In this document: positions 36,862 through 46,352 of the stretch, piece by piece
Position numbering within the stretch: the first letter of the stretch is position 1
Layout of the letters: each line of letters opens with the position of its first letter
Source: Candidatus Sumerlaeia bacterium
GTDB lineage: Bacteria > Sumerlaeota > Sumerlaeia > SLMS01
Assembly: GCA_038208905.1 (NCBI GenBank)
Contig: JBBQYG010000004.1
Coordinates: forward strand, 1-61,327
Length of the DNA: 61,327 nt
Direction: 5' to 3'
Translations under genes and position numbers: made by a program
Notes under the pieces: model-generated
The model's input: the letters and a program-made list of their open reading frames with translations, nothing else
Told to the model about the DNA's origin: nothing
Database searches by the model: none

Positions 36862-37320
36862 CTACCCCCACCCCATCTCCCGCGAATCCAGCCAGATCGT
36901 TACGGGGCCGTCATTGAGAATCTCCACGCGCATGTGGGCGCCGAATCGACCGGTCTCGACGCGGCCCGGGTGGCGCTGGCGGAGGAAGTCGAGGAAGGCG
37001 GCGAAGGTCGCCTCCGCCCCGGCGGGGGGCATGGCGTCGGTATAGGAGGGGCGGCGGCCCTTGCGGGCGTCGGCATACAGGGTGAACTGCGAAACCAGAA
37101 GGAGCGCGCCGCCGATATCCTCCAGCGAGCGGTTCATGCGGCCCTCGTCGTCGTTGAAGATGCGGAGGTTCGCCAGCTTGTCGGCGGCGGCGGGGAAGAG
37201 TTGGGGCCCGTCTCCGTGGCCGAGGCCGACAAAGACCAGCAGGCCGTGACTGATGGAGCCCGTGACCGCGTCATCGACGGTGACGCTGGCCTGGGAAACG
37301 CGCTGAATCAGGAGACGCAT
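36862..37320 (-). CDS. dtd: D-aminoacyl-tRNA deacylase
   Basis: MRLLIQRVSQASVTVD......I.HGLLVFVG..H.D......A.KL.NLRIF.D..G.MN.SL.DIGG.LLLVSQFTL.AD..KG.RPS. I trimmed the start to the ATG at 37320. Confidence 0.9.
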   Translation of the reverse strand: MRLLIQRVSQASVTVDDAVTGSISHGLLVFVGLGHGDGPQLFPAAADKLANLRIFNDDEGRMNRSLEDIGGALLLVSQFTLYADARKGRRPSYTDAMPPAGAEATFAAFLDFLRQRHPGRVETGRFGAHMRVEILNDGPVTIWLDSREMGWG

Positions 37321-37331
37321 CGCGGCGCTCG

Positions 37332-37688
37332 TCAGTTGGCGGATGCGAGGGCGGAGGGCTTTTCCGACACCGTGACGCGGATCGTGGAGCCCAGCTTGAC
37401 CGTGGTGCCGGGCATCGGGCGCTGTGCCAGGATGTGCCCCGCCTCCAGTAGGTCCGTGGCCTCTGACTTCTCCAGCAGCACCGCGAATCCATTCTTGGAG
37501 GCCTTCGCGAGCGCGGCGGATGTCTCCATCGTCACCAGGTCGGGGGCCGTGGATTCCGGCGCCTCGATCAGTTCGCGCGCGCCAACGTAGCCAACGGCTC
37601 CACACACGCCAAACACGAGAATGGCGCAGACGGAGAGCCTCCAGAGGAGGCCGATTAAGCCGTAGGGTTGTTTGGGCGCGTCGGACAT
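37332..37688 (-). CDS. small membrane-anchored PASTA-domain protein
   Basis: It has one TM segment (LIGLLWRLSVCAILVFGVCGAVGYV), then GHILAQRPMPGTTVKLGSTIRVTVSE, a PASTA-like pattern. Only the 3' 357 nt of the 615-aa track ORF are credible. Confidence 0.55.
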   Translation of the reverse strand: MSDAPKQPYGLIGLLWRLSVCAILVFGVCGAVGYVGARELIEAPESTAPDLVTMETSAALAKASKNGFAVLLEKSEATDLLEAGHILAQRPMPGTTVKLGSTIRVTVSEKPSALASAN

Positions 37689-37898
37689 GTCGGCGCAGGG
37701 TTGGGAGTGCGTGCCTACGGGTTCAAGAAAAAAGACGCTTACCAACGAGTTCACGGAGAATACGCAGTCCAAAATCCTATGGCAGTTCTCCGCGTTCTCG
37801 GTGAACTCCGTGGTTATTCTCTTTTGCGCGGCGGCCCCTCCAAGCTCTCCGGACCCGCTTGCCAACCGACCCGACCTCCCGCGACACTCCTCCCCGAA

Positions 37899-38813
37899 AT
37901 GAAATATCTCGCGCTCGCCATTCCCGCCATCTTCCTCTTCCTCGCGTCGCGATACGCGGGGGCGGCGCCGTGTGCGGGGTGCGCGGCGGCGTTGCTGGTG
38001 TGGTATCTGGACCCCAGGGAGGCGCCGCGGGGCATCGCCTGGGGTGCCACGGCAGTGGGGGTGGTCGTCGGGTTGTTCCGCGAGGGACCGATGCTGCTTG
38101 CTGGCGCGCTGATCGCTATCGGTGCCCTGATCGCTCTCGAACTCTTCGCGCGACGCGGCGGCGGCGAGGACCCCTCCGCGACCAGCGTCCTCATGGCGGC
38201 CTTGTTCGTCGGCGCGTCGGGCTGGTACCTCACCACCCTCGCCAACCCATTCAAGTCCATCGGTGAAGTCCGCAACATCGTGGCCTTCGGCGACAGCCTG
38301 ACCTCCGGCGTGCCCGGCGACGGCGTTTCGCGCCGATGGCCAGAGGCTCTGGCCGCGCGCCTGGGCGGAGAAGCCATCAACCTCTCCTATCCTGGCGACA
38401 CCACTGCCGAGTCCTGGGAACGCTGGCAGTCCCGCGTCCGTGCGCGCCAGTGGAGCGACAAGCCCGGCTGGTCTCCAGATCTCTATGTCATCATGCTCGG
38501 CGGAAACGAAATCCGCCAGAGCGCCGCCCCCGCAAGTATCGAGGCCGGATTGAAAATCTGGCTCGATGAACTCGCCCGCGATGGGAAGCCAATCCTTCTG
38601 GTCGCCGTCCCGGGCGCACCGATCAACGACCCTTATCGCGACGTATGGCGTCGCGCTGCCGAGGGCCAGCCCCTTGCCAATTGGATGCCCCATGGCACCC
38701 TGAGGACGATCTTCACCTCGCCCCGCATGACGATGGAAGACCGCATCCATTTCCGTCAGCCCGCCCACGATTATCTGGCAGGCGCCATCGCCGACCGCAT
38801 CGCGGGGAAATAG
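37899..38813 (+). CDS. membrane-anchored SGNH/GDSL hydrolase
   Basis: Three N-terminal TM segments are followed by IVAFGDSLTSG (block I), YPGDT, IMLGGNE (block III) and a C-terminal DRIHF..P.H. The start is the ATG at 37899. Confidence 0.7.
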   Translation: MKYLALAIPAIFLFLASRYAGAAPCAGCAAALLVWYLDPREAPRGIAWGATAVGVVVGLFREGPMLLAGALIAIGALIALELFARRGGGEDPSATSVLMAALFVGASGWYLTTLANPFKSIGEVRNIVAFGDSLTSGVPGDGVSRRWPEALAARLGGEAINLSYPGDTTAESWERWQSRVRARQWSDKPGWSPDLYVIMLGGNEIRQSAAPASIEAGLKIWLDELARDGKPILLVAVPGAPINDPYRDVWRRAAEGQPLANWMPHGTLRTIFTSPRMTMEDRIHFRQPAHDYLAGAIADRIAGK

Positions 38814-38882
38814 GGTCGCCCGAAATTGCGCTGGCACTCCGGCGCCGATTCGGGGCCTACTCTCCGCCAGACTCCGCACCGG

Positions 38883-39716
38883 ATGACGCCCATGGCCGAC
38901 GGCCGCTTCACCAGGCTGGAAACCAAGTCGGCCAACGCCAAGCCCACCGGCGCCCTTCCGCCGCCGGAGGGCTCCATCCCCCGCGACGCCGTCGCGACCC
39001 CTGCGCCCGTCGAGGGCGACGAGGGTTACTACTCCACCTTTATCGAGAAGGCCGACGAGGCGTTCTTTACCGGCGCCTATCGCGACGCCCTGCGCCATTA
39101 CAGCCGCGCCCTCCAGGCGGAGAACAACCACGTCTATCCGTGGATCGGCCAGATTTCGGCGCTGATCCAGCTCAAGCAATACAAGGAGGCGGAGCTCTGG
39201 TCCACGCGCGCGCTGGAGCAGTTCCCCGAGGAAAGCTCGCTCCTCTCCCAGCGCGCCCGCGTCCTCGCGCTGACGGGCAACGCGCGCCGCGCCGTTGGCG
39301 TCAGCGACTATGCCCTCTCCAAGGGCGCAACCTCGTGGACGTGGCTGGCGCGGGGAGATGTGCTGCTGGAGGCCGCAGACAACAACGCGCTCTTCTGCTT
39401 CGAGAAGGCCGTGGAACTCGCCGGCAAGGAGGACTGGCGCACACCCCTGATCGCCGGGCTCGCCTTTGCCCGCAAGCGCCAGTGGTCCAGCGCGGAGGAC
39501 TTCCTGCGTCGGTCGAAGGAGATCAATCCCAAGAACTTTTTTGTTTGGTTCGAGTACGCCCTCGTCCTCACCGAGATGAGCTATCTCGACCGCGCAAGCG
39601 ACGCGCTCAAGCGCTGCCTCCAGCTAAACCCCAGGTACATGCCGGCCAAGGACCTCGAATTGCGTCTCTTTCGGAGACCCTTTCTGAAACGCATCATGGG
39701 CATGATGAAGCGATAA
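38883..39716 (+). CDS. TPR-repeat protein
   Basis: It contains repeated 34-aa A/Y/L-patterned helices (AYRDALRHYSRALQAENNHVYPW, YKEAELWSTRALEQFPE, ...RCLQLNPRY). The start is uncertain (ATG at 38883 or 38892). Confidence 0.55.
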   Translation: MTPMADGRFTRLETKSANAKPTGALPPPEGSIPRDAVATPAPVEGDEGYYSTFIEKADEAFFTGAYRDALRHYSRALQAENNHVYPWIGQISALIQLKQYKEAELWSTRALEQFPEESSLLSQRARVLALTGNARRAVGVSDYALSKGATSWTWLARGDVLLEAADNNALFCFEKAVELAGKEDWRTPLIAGLAFARKRQWSSAEDFLRRSKEINPKNFFVWFEYALVLTEMSYLDRASDALKRCLQLNPRYMPAKDLELRLFRRPFLKRIMGMMKR

Positions 39717-40057
39717 TGGCCACTCTGGCCGCAAAAGTCCCACGAATCAGGCGGCGGAGTGACAAGTTGGTTACCGATGGCCCGCCCATGCGAACCCCCT
39801 TGCCTTGGCACCGATCTTGTACCCTTCTCGCGGTTAGGGACTCCGAGGTGCGGAGCCGCGGCAGGATGAGGCCCCGGGGGCAACGTGCGATGCTCACTTG
39901 GGAAGCAAACTGCCAAGGTCTCTCAGCCAACGATCCCCACGGCGCCGGGGAAATTGGTCTTTCATCGACCTAATACTTCCTTACGGAATCGGCGGCGATC
40001 GCGTGAAGGCCCGGGTGTACGGTCCCGGGAAATAGCGCGAAGACCACCGAATCCATG

Positions 40058-40081
40058 GCCGGTTTCCCGGCGCCGTTTTTT
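40058..40081 (+). terminator. weak intrinsic-terminator-like hairpin plus T6 at the end of an ORF-free region
   Basis: GCCGG-TTTC-CCGGC (40058-40071) is followed by GCCG, then TTTTTT (40076-40081). Confidence 0.3.
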
Positions 40082-40258
40082 CCTCCCCCTCCTTCATCGA
40101 CCAAACAACATCATGTCGCCCGCGCTGACGGTGCCGTTGCTCGGATCATAGAGCACGATGTCGTGTCCGTCGGGACCGAAGCCCTGGGTTGCGAGACTCC
40201 TTCCTGCGCAAGCGGAACGTATAGCGCCGCATCCCGGTCTCAACACACACTTCACCCC

Positions 40259-40924
40259 ATGATCGAACCCCTCACCCAGCCCCTCGCCGTGCTCGTGTCT
40301 CCGCTCTTGATGCCGCGCCAGGGGCTGATCCCGCTGAGCCGACGATTGCGGCGCGGGGGGATACCGACGCGGCTCTTCGGCTATCCCTCCTATCGCAAGG
40401 ACATCCCCGCCAACGCGGACCGCCTTGCGCAGTTTCTGCGCGAACTCGGCGATGAACCATTCGATGTCGTGGCCCACTCGCTCGGCGGAATCGTCCTTCG
40501 CTGGGCCGTCAACCACTGTGGCGCGCGGGTGCCCCGCCGTGTGGTGATGATAGCGACGCCCAATCAGGGGGCACGCCTTGCCGCAACCGGCGACCGCCTG
40601 ATGGGCCCGCTCTTTCCCCTGGTGTGGGGCCGATGCGTGCGCCAGTTGCGTCCCGGCGCCGATGGCCTTTGCGAGATCGCGGGGCCGCTTCCCGCCGAAT
40701 GCGAAGTGGGCATCATCGCCGGAGGCACCGGCACCACCCGCGGAGTGAATCCCTTCCTCCGCGGCGACAACGACCGCATCGTCCGCGTGGAGGAAACCAA
40801 GCTCGCCGGGATGAAGGACTTCATTCTCCTCCCCATGGCCCACGGTCCCCTGATCTTCAGGCGCGGGGGCGCGGATCAGGTGGTGGCGTTCCTGCGCAAT
40901 GGCGCCTTCGACCGCGACGTATAG
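40259..40924 (+). CDS. alpha/beta hydrolase (lipase/esterase-like)
   Basis: The nucleophile elbow is VVAHSLGG. A late D (NDRIV) and H (MAHGPL) are consistent with a Ser-Asp-His triad. The start is the ATG at 40259. Confidence 0.7.
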   Translation: MIEPLTQPLAVLVSPLLMPRQGLIPLSRRLRRGGIPTRLFGYPSYRKDIPANADRLAQFLRELGDEPFDVVAHSLGGIVLRWAVNHCGARVPRRVVMIATPNQGARLAATGDRLMGPLFPLVWGRCVRQLRPGADGLCEIAGPLPAECEVGIIAGGTGTTRGVNPFLRGDNDRIVRVEETKLAGMKDFILLPMAHGPLIFRRGGADQVVAFLRNGAFDRDV

Positions 40925-40936
40925 ATAGATATACGA

Positions 40937-41917
40937 TCAAGCCGGACCGCGGAGCACGATTTTTCCAATTCCCGCGTTGGACTCCATCGCGCGATGGGCA
41001 TCGACCACCTCGTGGAAGTCGAACACGCGGTCGATCACGGGGCGAAGCCTCCCCTCCGCGAAGAGCGGCAGCGCCCGCGCGGCGAAGCACTGGCTCAGCG
41101 CGATCTTCTCCTCGATCGGGCGGCTCCTCAGCGCGGTTCCCATGATGTGGAGGCGCTTCCTTAGGACCGTGCCCAAGTCGAGCTCCGCCTTTGCGCCACC
41201 CAGAAATCCGAACACCAGCAAACGTCCGCCGGGCGCCAACAGCTCGATATTGGATTCCCACACGCTCGCCCCAACGAGGTCGAAGATCGCCGATACGCCA
41301 CCCGGCGCGATGTGGCGCACGTCGGCGACAAACGCATCGCCCAACACGGCGGGTTGAAATGCGCCAAGCCCTCGCAGCGCCTCCAGCTTCTCCCTAGCGC
41401 GCGAGACCGCGATCACGCGGGCCCCTGCGTGGGATGCGAGTTGCAGCGCCGCGGTTCCCACGCCGCTGCTGGCCGCGTGGATCATGACCGTCTCGCCCGC
41501 TGCGATCTTGAGTTGCAGGAACAGCGCGTCGAACGAGGCAAGAAACGCCTCGGGAATCGCCGCCGCATGAACGAAATCCATCCTTCGCGGAATCGCCAGC
41601 GCCATGCGTTCGTGAATGGTGACGTACTCCGCATAGCCCGCCCCCGCAAGCAGCCCCATCACGCGGTCGCCGACCTTCCACAGCGTCACACCGGCCCCGC
41701 ACGATTCCACCTCGCCCGCGAACTCGAGTCCGGGGATGTTCTCCGGAACGCCGGGCGGGGGAGGGTAGCGACCCATGCGCTGCAACACGTCGGCCCGGTT
41801 GAGCGCTGTGGCTCGCACACGCACGCGGATGTGGCTCTCTCCCGCGACAGGGGCCGCCACATCCGCCACATTGAGCACTTCCGGCCCGCCAAATTCGCGA
41901 ATCACGATAGCCTTCAT
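40937..41917 (-). CDS. qor: NADPH:quinone oxidoreductase (MDR/zeta-crystallin family)
   Basis: MKAIVIREFGGPEVL...NRADVLQRMGRYPPPPG.....GLEFAGEV...AASSGVGTAALQLA. I trimmed the start to the ATG at 41917. Confidence 0.85.
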   Translation of the reverse strand: MKAIVIREFGGPEVLNVADVAAPVAGESHIRVRVRATALNRADVLQRMGRYPPPPGVPENIPGLEFAGEVESCGAGVTLWKVGDRVMGLLAGAGYAEYVTIHERMALAIPRRMDFVHAAAIPEAFLASFDALFLQLKIAAGETVMIHAASSGVGTAALQLASHAGARVIAVSRAREKLEALRGLGAFQPAVLGDAFVADVRHIAPGGVSAIFDLVGASVWESNIELLAPGGRLLVFGFLGGAKAELDLGTVLRKRLHIMGTALRSRPIEEKIALSQCFAARALPLFAEGRLRPVIDRVFDFHEVVDAHRAMESNAGIGKIVLRGPA

Positions 41918-42756
41918 TTCGGCGACAGCTCCTGAATGATCCGAATCACATCGCGGGTTTCCGCCACATCGTGAACGCGCAGCCATTCCACCCCGCGCGC
42001 AACACACCACGCCGCCACGCCCAGCGACCCTGCCAGTCGGTCGTCGGCGCGTGCGCGGCCAAGCACCTCGCCAAGGAACGACTTGCGTGATGCACCCACC
42101 AACAACGGCGCACCGATTTTCATCGTGTCTATACCGCCCAGCACCGCCATGTCCCACGCATGCCACGGGATGCTCCGCTGGCGAAAGAAGCCAATGCCGG
42201 GATCGAGCATGATGCGGCCCGGCGGAATTCCCGCTGCGATCGCGCGCGCCAGCGCCTCGCGCATCAGCCGCGCGACGACTTCCGCGGGCCCCTGCGCTTC
42301 CTCCACCACGCTTGGCGAATCGCACACCATCAGGATCGCGCCGGCACCGCGGGTCGCGATCAGCGTCGCCATCCCGGGATCGGCGGAAAGCGCGCTCACG
42401 TCGTTGACGATGTCCGCCCCCGCATCCAGCGCGGCCCTCGCGACAATCGCCCGCTGTGTGTCGGCGCTGATGGGGAGCCTCGTCGCCCGCCGCGCCGCCG
42501 CCACCGCGCGGGCCATGCGCTCGGCCTCGACCTCCGTCTCCACGTGCGCATCCTTGTACGGCGCCGTGGACATCGCCCCTATGTCGATCAGCTCGGCGCC
42601 GTCGGCTTCCGCGCGCGAGACGGCTTTCGCGATGGCGTCGTCGCTCGCCGCAACGGAACCTGCATAGAATGACTCCGGACTCGCATTGATTGCCGCTATG
42701 ATTCGCGTGGGGGCATGGCGGATGAAGACGCCCGCGGCGCGGTCGGTCACGTCCAC
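41914..42756 (-). CDS. folP: dihydropteroate synthase
   Basis: INASPESFYAGS, GAELIDIGAMSTAP, ISADT, DIVNDVSA, MLDPGIGF and VGASRKSF are all present. Its stop overlaps the qor start (ATGA). Confidence 0.85.
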   Translation of the reverse strand: MDVTDRAAGVFIRHAPTRIIAAINASPESFYAGSVAASDDAIAKAVSRAEADGAELIDIGAMSTAPYKDAHVETEVEAERMARAVAAARRATRLPISADTQRAIVARAALDAGADIVNDVSALSADPGMATLIATRGAGAILMVCDSPSVVEEAQGPAEVVARLMREALARAIAAGIPPGRIMLDPGIGFFRQRSIPWHAWDMAVLGGIDTMKIGAPLLVGASRKSFLGEVLGRARADDRLAGSLGVAAWCVARGVEWLRVHDVAETRDVIRIIQELSPK

Positions 42757-43238
42757 CGCCTCATCTTGATGCGGATCTCGCCGTCCTCCATGACCTGCTC
42801 CCCAACCACCTCCGTATTCATCCGGCCGAGTTCCTTCACCACTCGATTCATCGCAAACATCTGGGCGAGTTCCTGCGCGAATTCCTGGCCGCGCTGCTCC
42901 AGCAGTTTTTCGTCCATCGTTTTCGGCCCCGTGGCCGTTACGCGCAGTTTTCCGCGCTCGTCCTTGATCACCGCCAGCTCGATGCCGTCCTTCTCGAAGA
43001 AGAGCGCCTCCTCGCGCCCCACTTCCAGCGTCATGTTCTCCAGCACGGCCTGCTCGATCTTGATGACGACGTTGTTGGATTCCTCGATGCGCTGGCGCAG
43101 GGCCTTGTTCAGGTCTCCGCCCACGTCGCTCATGCTGACCATCGCCTTGTAGCCGAGCGCCGCCGCCGCCGCCAGGATGATCGGCGTCAACAGGGGCAGA
43201 CTGGTCGCAATAATAGGCGTCAGGGCGATGATCGACAT
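42747..43238 (-). CDS. hypothetical protein with an N-terminal hydrophobic segment
   Basis: This 163-aa ORF is co-directional with folP and overlaps its start by 10 nt. It has no motif I recognise. Confidence 0.45.
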   Translation of the reverse strand: MSIIALTPIIATSLPLLTPIILAAAAALGYKAMVSMSDVGGDLNKALRQRIEESNNVVIKIEQAVLENMTLEVGREEALFFEKDGIELAVIKDERGKLRVTATGPKTMDEKLLEQRGQEFAQELAQMFAMNRVVKELGRMNTEVVGEQVMEDGEIRIKMRRWT

Positions 43239-43312
43239 GGAAAGCCTCCGCTCGGTGGTGCCTTCAGCGAGATGGCATCACGGGCCCGCTTTCCATGCAA
43301 GGCGAGAACGCG

Positions 43313-44650
43313 CTACCGTCCCGTTGCGATGATCGTCGGGATAACTTCGTCCAGCGTCACGGGCGCAGCCCGGTCGTCCAATTCGACCACAACCAAGTAG
43401 CCGTTTCGCTTCCCGCCGGAGAGGAACGCCTTCAGCAGCGCCAATTGATCGCTATACACCAGGCGGCCGTCTTCGGGATTCCAGAACTCCTTCGCGCACA
43501 GGCACCCGGCGCTGGGCGTATTGGGGTAGTAGGCTTCGCCGACATAGAATTCCGGGTCGATGGTCGTGCCGTGAACGATGATCTCGCTGCGCCCGGCGCG
43601 ACCCGCCAGCCAGGCCTCGCTGATTGGGAAGTATCCCCGCCACGACGGCGGCAGGAGCGAGAGGTAGAACTCCTCGCTCCATTCGGGAGCCTCGGCGGTT
43701 GCGTCGTGAAGGAAGTCCGCCACCGGCGCCTCGATCGGCAGCCTCGACCAGAGATAGGGAACCGTCCCGATATGCTGGTTCGTGGCAAGGCCCGTTCCGC
43801 GGATTGTATAGACACCCTGCGGCGAGTTGCCAAACGTGATTGTCCCCGGCAGATCGGTCCGGGCCATCGCGAGCTGGGCGATCTGGAAAATCGTGCCGTC
43901 CTCGCGCCGAACGAATCGCCCGTCCGGCCCGCGCACGATCGCGATCCCCGCATGGCGCCGGTCCTGACGCTGAATGCTGAACACCACTGGGAATCCCGAC
44001 CGTATCTCATACGTCAGCAGGTCAGCAAGCGGAGGGCGCTTCGCAAGTTCCACCGCCGGATCGTGGGAGAGCCGATGTTCCAGCGCCACCAGGCGGGGCT
44101 CCTTCTGCCACGCGGGAAAGCGGGCCTCCATCCCGGTGCGAATCGCGGCGATGACCTTGGGCTCCCTCCCCGCCAGCAGCAGGAGATAGCCTGCCGTCGC
44201 AAACTCGCGCGGGGACTCGATCTGCGGAAGCAATGCCGCAACTTCGGCGTCGAACTCCCCCGGAAACAGCGAGTACGCCGCGCCGAGCGCCGCGCGCTGA
44301 AATCCCTCGGGCTTTCCTGCATACGCCGCCAGCATCTGGCGCGTCGCCCCGCGCACCTCGCGCCCTCGATCGTTGATCAGCCCCGCGCCCCACATGATTC
44401 CCGGCCAATCCTTGATCGCCTCCGCGTCCAGCGGGCCCGCCAACTTCGTCCCAATGGCAACATCGCGCCGATCGGCAAGGAACGCCGCGCGCGATGCCGC
44501 AAGGGTGTATGTGGAGGAAAAGTCGGAGGTCTTCGCGTCGAGGAGCTGGCGCTCCGCCGCCCTTAGCCCGTTCGCGTCCTCGGCAACGCCGATACCATTC
44601 ATGATCACCGCCAGGGCAATCCCGGCGGCGGCAACGGCGATTCGATTCAT
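43313..44650 (-). CDS. secreted protein with a C-terminal L,D-transpeptidase (YkuD)-like catalytic motif
   Basis: The signal-like N-terminus is MNRIAVAAAGIALAVIM. The C-terminal IIVHGTT....NTPSAGCLCA resembles the YkuD His...Ser-x-Gly-Cys motif. Confidence 0.45.
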   Translation of the reverse strand: MNRIAVAAAGIALAVIMNGIGVAEDANGLRAAERQLLDAKTSDFSSTYTLAASRAAFLADRRDVAIGTKLAGPLDAEAIKDWPGIMWGAGLINDRGREVRGATRQMLAAYAGKPEGFQRAALGAAYSLFPGEFDAEVAALLPQIESPREFATAGYLLLLAGREPKVIAAIRTGMEARFPAWQKEPRLVALEHRLSHDPAVELAKRPPLADLLTYEIRSGFPVVFSIQRQDRRHAGIAIVRGPDGRFVRREDGTIFQIAQLAMARTDLPGTITFGNSPQGVYTIRGTGLATNQHIGTVPYLWSRLPIEAPVADFLHDATAEAPEWSEEFYLSLLPPSWRGYFPISEAWLAGRAGRSEIIVHGTTIDPEFYVGEAYYPNTPSAGCLCAKEFWNPEDGRLVYSDQLALLKAFLSGGKRNGYLVVVELDDRAAPVTLDEVIPTIIATGR

Positions 44651-44716
44651 GCGGTGCTCCCTGTACCGGGGCTTGGAATACCGTTCGGGAGCGGGGCGAT
44701 TGTAAGGCTGTGTGGA

Positions 44717-44792
44717 TGGTGGAGCTGAGGGGACTCGAACCCCTTACCTTCGCATTGCGAACGCGACGCTCTACCAGATGAGCTACAGCCCC
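44717..44792 (-). tRNA. tRNA-Ala (anticodon CGC), CCA encoded
   Basis: The minus strand reads GGGGCTGTAGCTCATCTGGTAGAGCGTCGCGTTCGCAATGCGAAGGTAAGGGGTTCGAGTCCCCTCAGCTCCACCA. It folds as a cloverleaf with a G3:U70 pair, anticodon loop TTCGCAA and T-loop GGTTCGAGT. Confidence 0.9.
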
Positions 44793-44904
44793 ACACGCAA
44801 CGGGGCGACAGGCAAGCCGCCGGGGCCGGGCGTGTCAATGGCGAATGTGCCCCCGCAAAAATCGGGCAGCCACCGGGAAGTCGAATGCCAATGTAAGGCA
44901 CAGC

Positions 44905-45993
44905 CTAGCTGCAGTGAATGTCGATCCCCAACAGCGTCTGGTCGTCCTTCACCAGCGCATTCCCGCGCCACCGGTCCACGTTCCTGAGCACCGCGGAAAG
45001 GCTCTTTGCCAGCGGCAGCGAGGAGGTGACGGAGAAATCGCGCGTCAGGGCCTCCACGCCATACATCGAGCCGCCCGGGTCGAATTGTTCCACGATCCCA
45101 TCGGTGTAGGCCAATACCCGGGTGCCCAGTTTCTCCAAGTCCATCGACACCACCGGCCAAGCGTCGTAGTCCGATATGAGGCCAACGGGAACACCGCCCG
45201 GCACTTCGATGGGCCCGCTCGGCGTGAAGACGACGCCATGGTGCCCAAAGCACAGCATCTCCAGCTTGCAGTGAGTGGAATCCACGATCATCAGCAGGCC
45301 CGTAATGAACATCGTGTCACCGGGCGTTTGGCCGGGGCGCGCCATGAAGCGGTCGTTGGTGCGGACCAGCGCGGCCTTTGCGTCGTCCATCGAATCGCCA
45401 TCCAGCAATGCAAAGAACTCCGCCAGCGCGGCGGCGGCCTGAGGTCCATGCCCCATCGCGTCGGCGATCACCACGAATGCCTTCCCATCCCCCAGATCCC
45501 GCGACCAGACCCCGTCACCGGATTCAGGCTCCAAAGGTCGCAGGCACACGGCGACCTCGAATCCCTTGCCACGATGTAGCGATTCGCGCCGCAGCGGCTC
45601 GCCCAGTTCGAGCTCCCCATCGCCATCGGTCAACAGCCCCGTTTCATGCCGCAGATAGAGATCGCCGTCGATTTCGACAGGAACAATTCTCAGGACGTAC
45701 TCCCTTCTCTGAATGGGTGAGGGGCAGGAGAACCGCTCGGCGTGGCCACTGAGCCGTCCTTCGAAAAGCTGCGGATAAATTGCTGACCACCGGGCGCGAT
45801 GCACGCCGGAGAAATTGTCCAGAATGCTCGTGCCGATCACCGCCGAGGCCAGTCGTGGAGCGCCGTTTACCTCGGCAAACCAAGCGAATGGACGATTGGC
45901 CCAAGTCACCTTCCCCTTAACATCCACGTAGTAGATCAGGTTTAAGGATCGAACATCCGCGTCGGGCACGGCGAGACCTGCTTGCTCGTTCAT
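44905..45993 (-). CDS. SpoIIE/RsbU-type PP2C phosphatase with an N-terminal PAS-like sensor region
   Basis: GDGVWSRDLGDGKAFVVIADAMGHG..AA, FITGLLMIVD, LAYTDGIVE and DDQTLLGIDI are present. Confidence 0.8.
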   Translation of the reverse strand: MNEQAGLAVPDADVRSLNLIYYVDVKGKVTWANRPFAWFAEVNGAPRLASAVIGTSILDNFSGVHRARWSAIYPQLFEGRLSGHAERFSCPSPIQRREYVLRIVPVEIDGDLYLRHETGLLTDGDGELELGEPLRRESLHRGKGFEVAVCLRPLEPESGDGVWSRDLGDGKAFVVIADAMGHGPQAAAALAEFFALLDGDSMDDAKAALVRTNDRFMARPGQTPGDTMFITGLLMIVDSTHCKLEMLCFGHHGVVFTPSGPIEVPGGVPVGLISDYDAWPVVSMDLEKLGTRVLAYTDGIVEQFDPGGSMYGVEALTRDFSVTSSLPLAKSLSAVLRNVDRWRGNALVKDDQTLLGIDIHCS

Positions 45994-46200
45994 GGCCGCA
46001 TATCACCCTTTCCACTGCGTGGTAACGATAGCCGAGACTCCAAAGCCGTCAACCCAAGTTGGCCGGGGTCGCTTTTCAGGCGACTCGGCTGGAGGCCACG
46101 ATTGAATAGGGACGCGCAAAAAACGCCACAGACCCCTTGACACGGGGGCCCTCCAACCGTCCCCTAGCGGGCCGTTGCAACGACCAAGGATACAGCGATC

Positions 46201-46341
46201 ATGAAGAGAACATTTCAGCCCAACAACCGCAAGCGCCTCAAGAAGCATGGCTTCCGTATTCGGATGTCCACCAAGAACGGGCGCAAGGTTCTGGCCCGCC
46301 GCCGTGCCAAGGGCCGTCATCGCTTGACGGTTTCCGACTGA
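46201..46341 (+). CDS. rpmH: 50S ribosomal protein L34
   Basis: My own translation is [46 protein letters not shown]. At 46 aa it is below the track's size cut-off. Confidence 0.95.
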   Translation: MKRTFQPNNRKRLKKHGFRIRMSTKNGRKVLARRRAKGRHRLTVSD

Positions 46342-46352
46342 GAGTAGCCGCG

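Noticed and set aside
37332-39179. 615-aa ORF on the minus strand
   Set aside because: Most of it is antisense to the SGNH hydrolase and TPR genes and has shadow-frame composition. Only the final 118 codons (TM plus PASTA-like) look real.
39717-40085. RNase P RNA, tmRNA or a cobalamin riboswitch in the ORF-free region
   Set aside because: I found no GAGGAAAGUCCGGGC-type P4 strand. There is no tRNA-like 3' end with GGTTCGA.TCC...CCA. A GCCACT string at 39719 lacks the remaining B12-box context. This leaves only an unclassified candidate.
40094-40843. 249-aa minus-strand ORF ending ...GFGPDGHDIVLYDPSNGTVSAGDMMLFGR, preceded internally by GGAAGGAG
   Set aside because: Most of it is antisense to the alpha/beta hydrolase gene. 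No start codon sits at a usable distance from the SD-like GGAAGGAG. I could not tie the tail to any family, so at most it is a gene remnant.
44651-44904. Genomic island or integrase at tRNA-Ala
   Set aside because: No integrase, no direct repeat of the tRNA 3' end, and no phage-like genes lie on either side. The flanking genes are ordinary.
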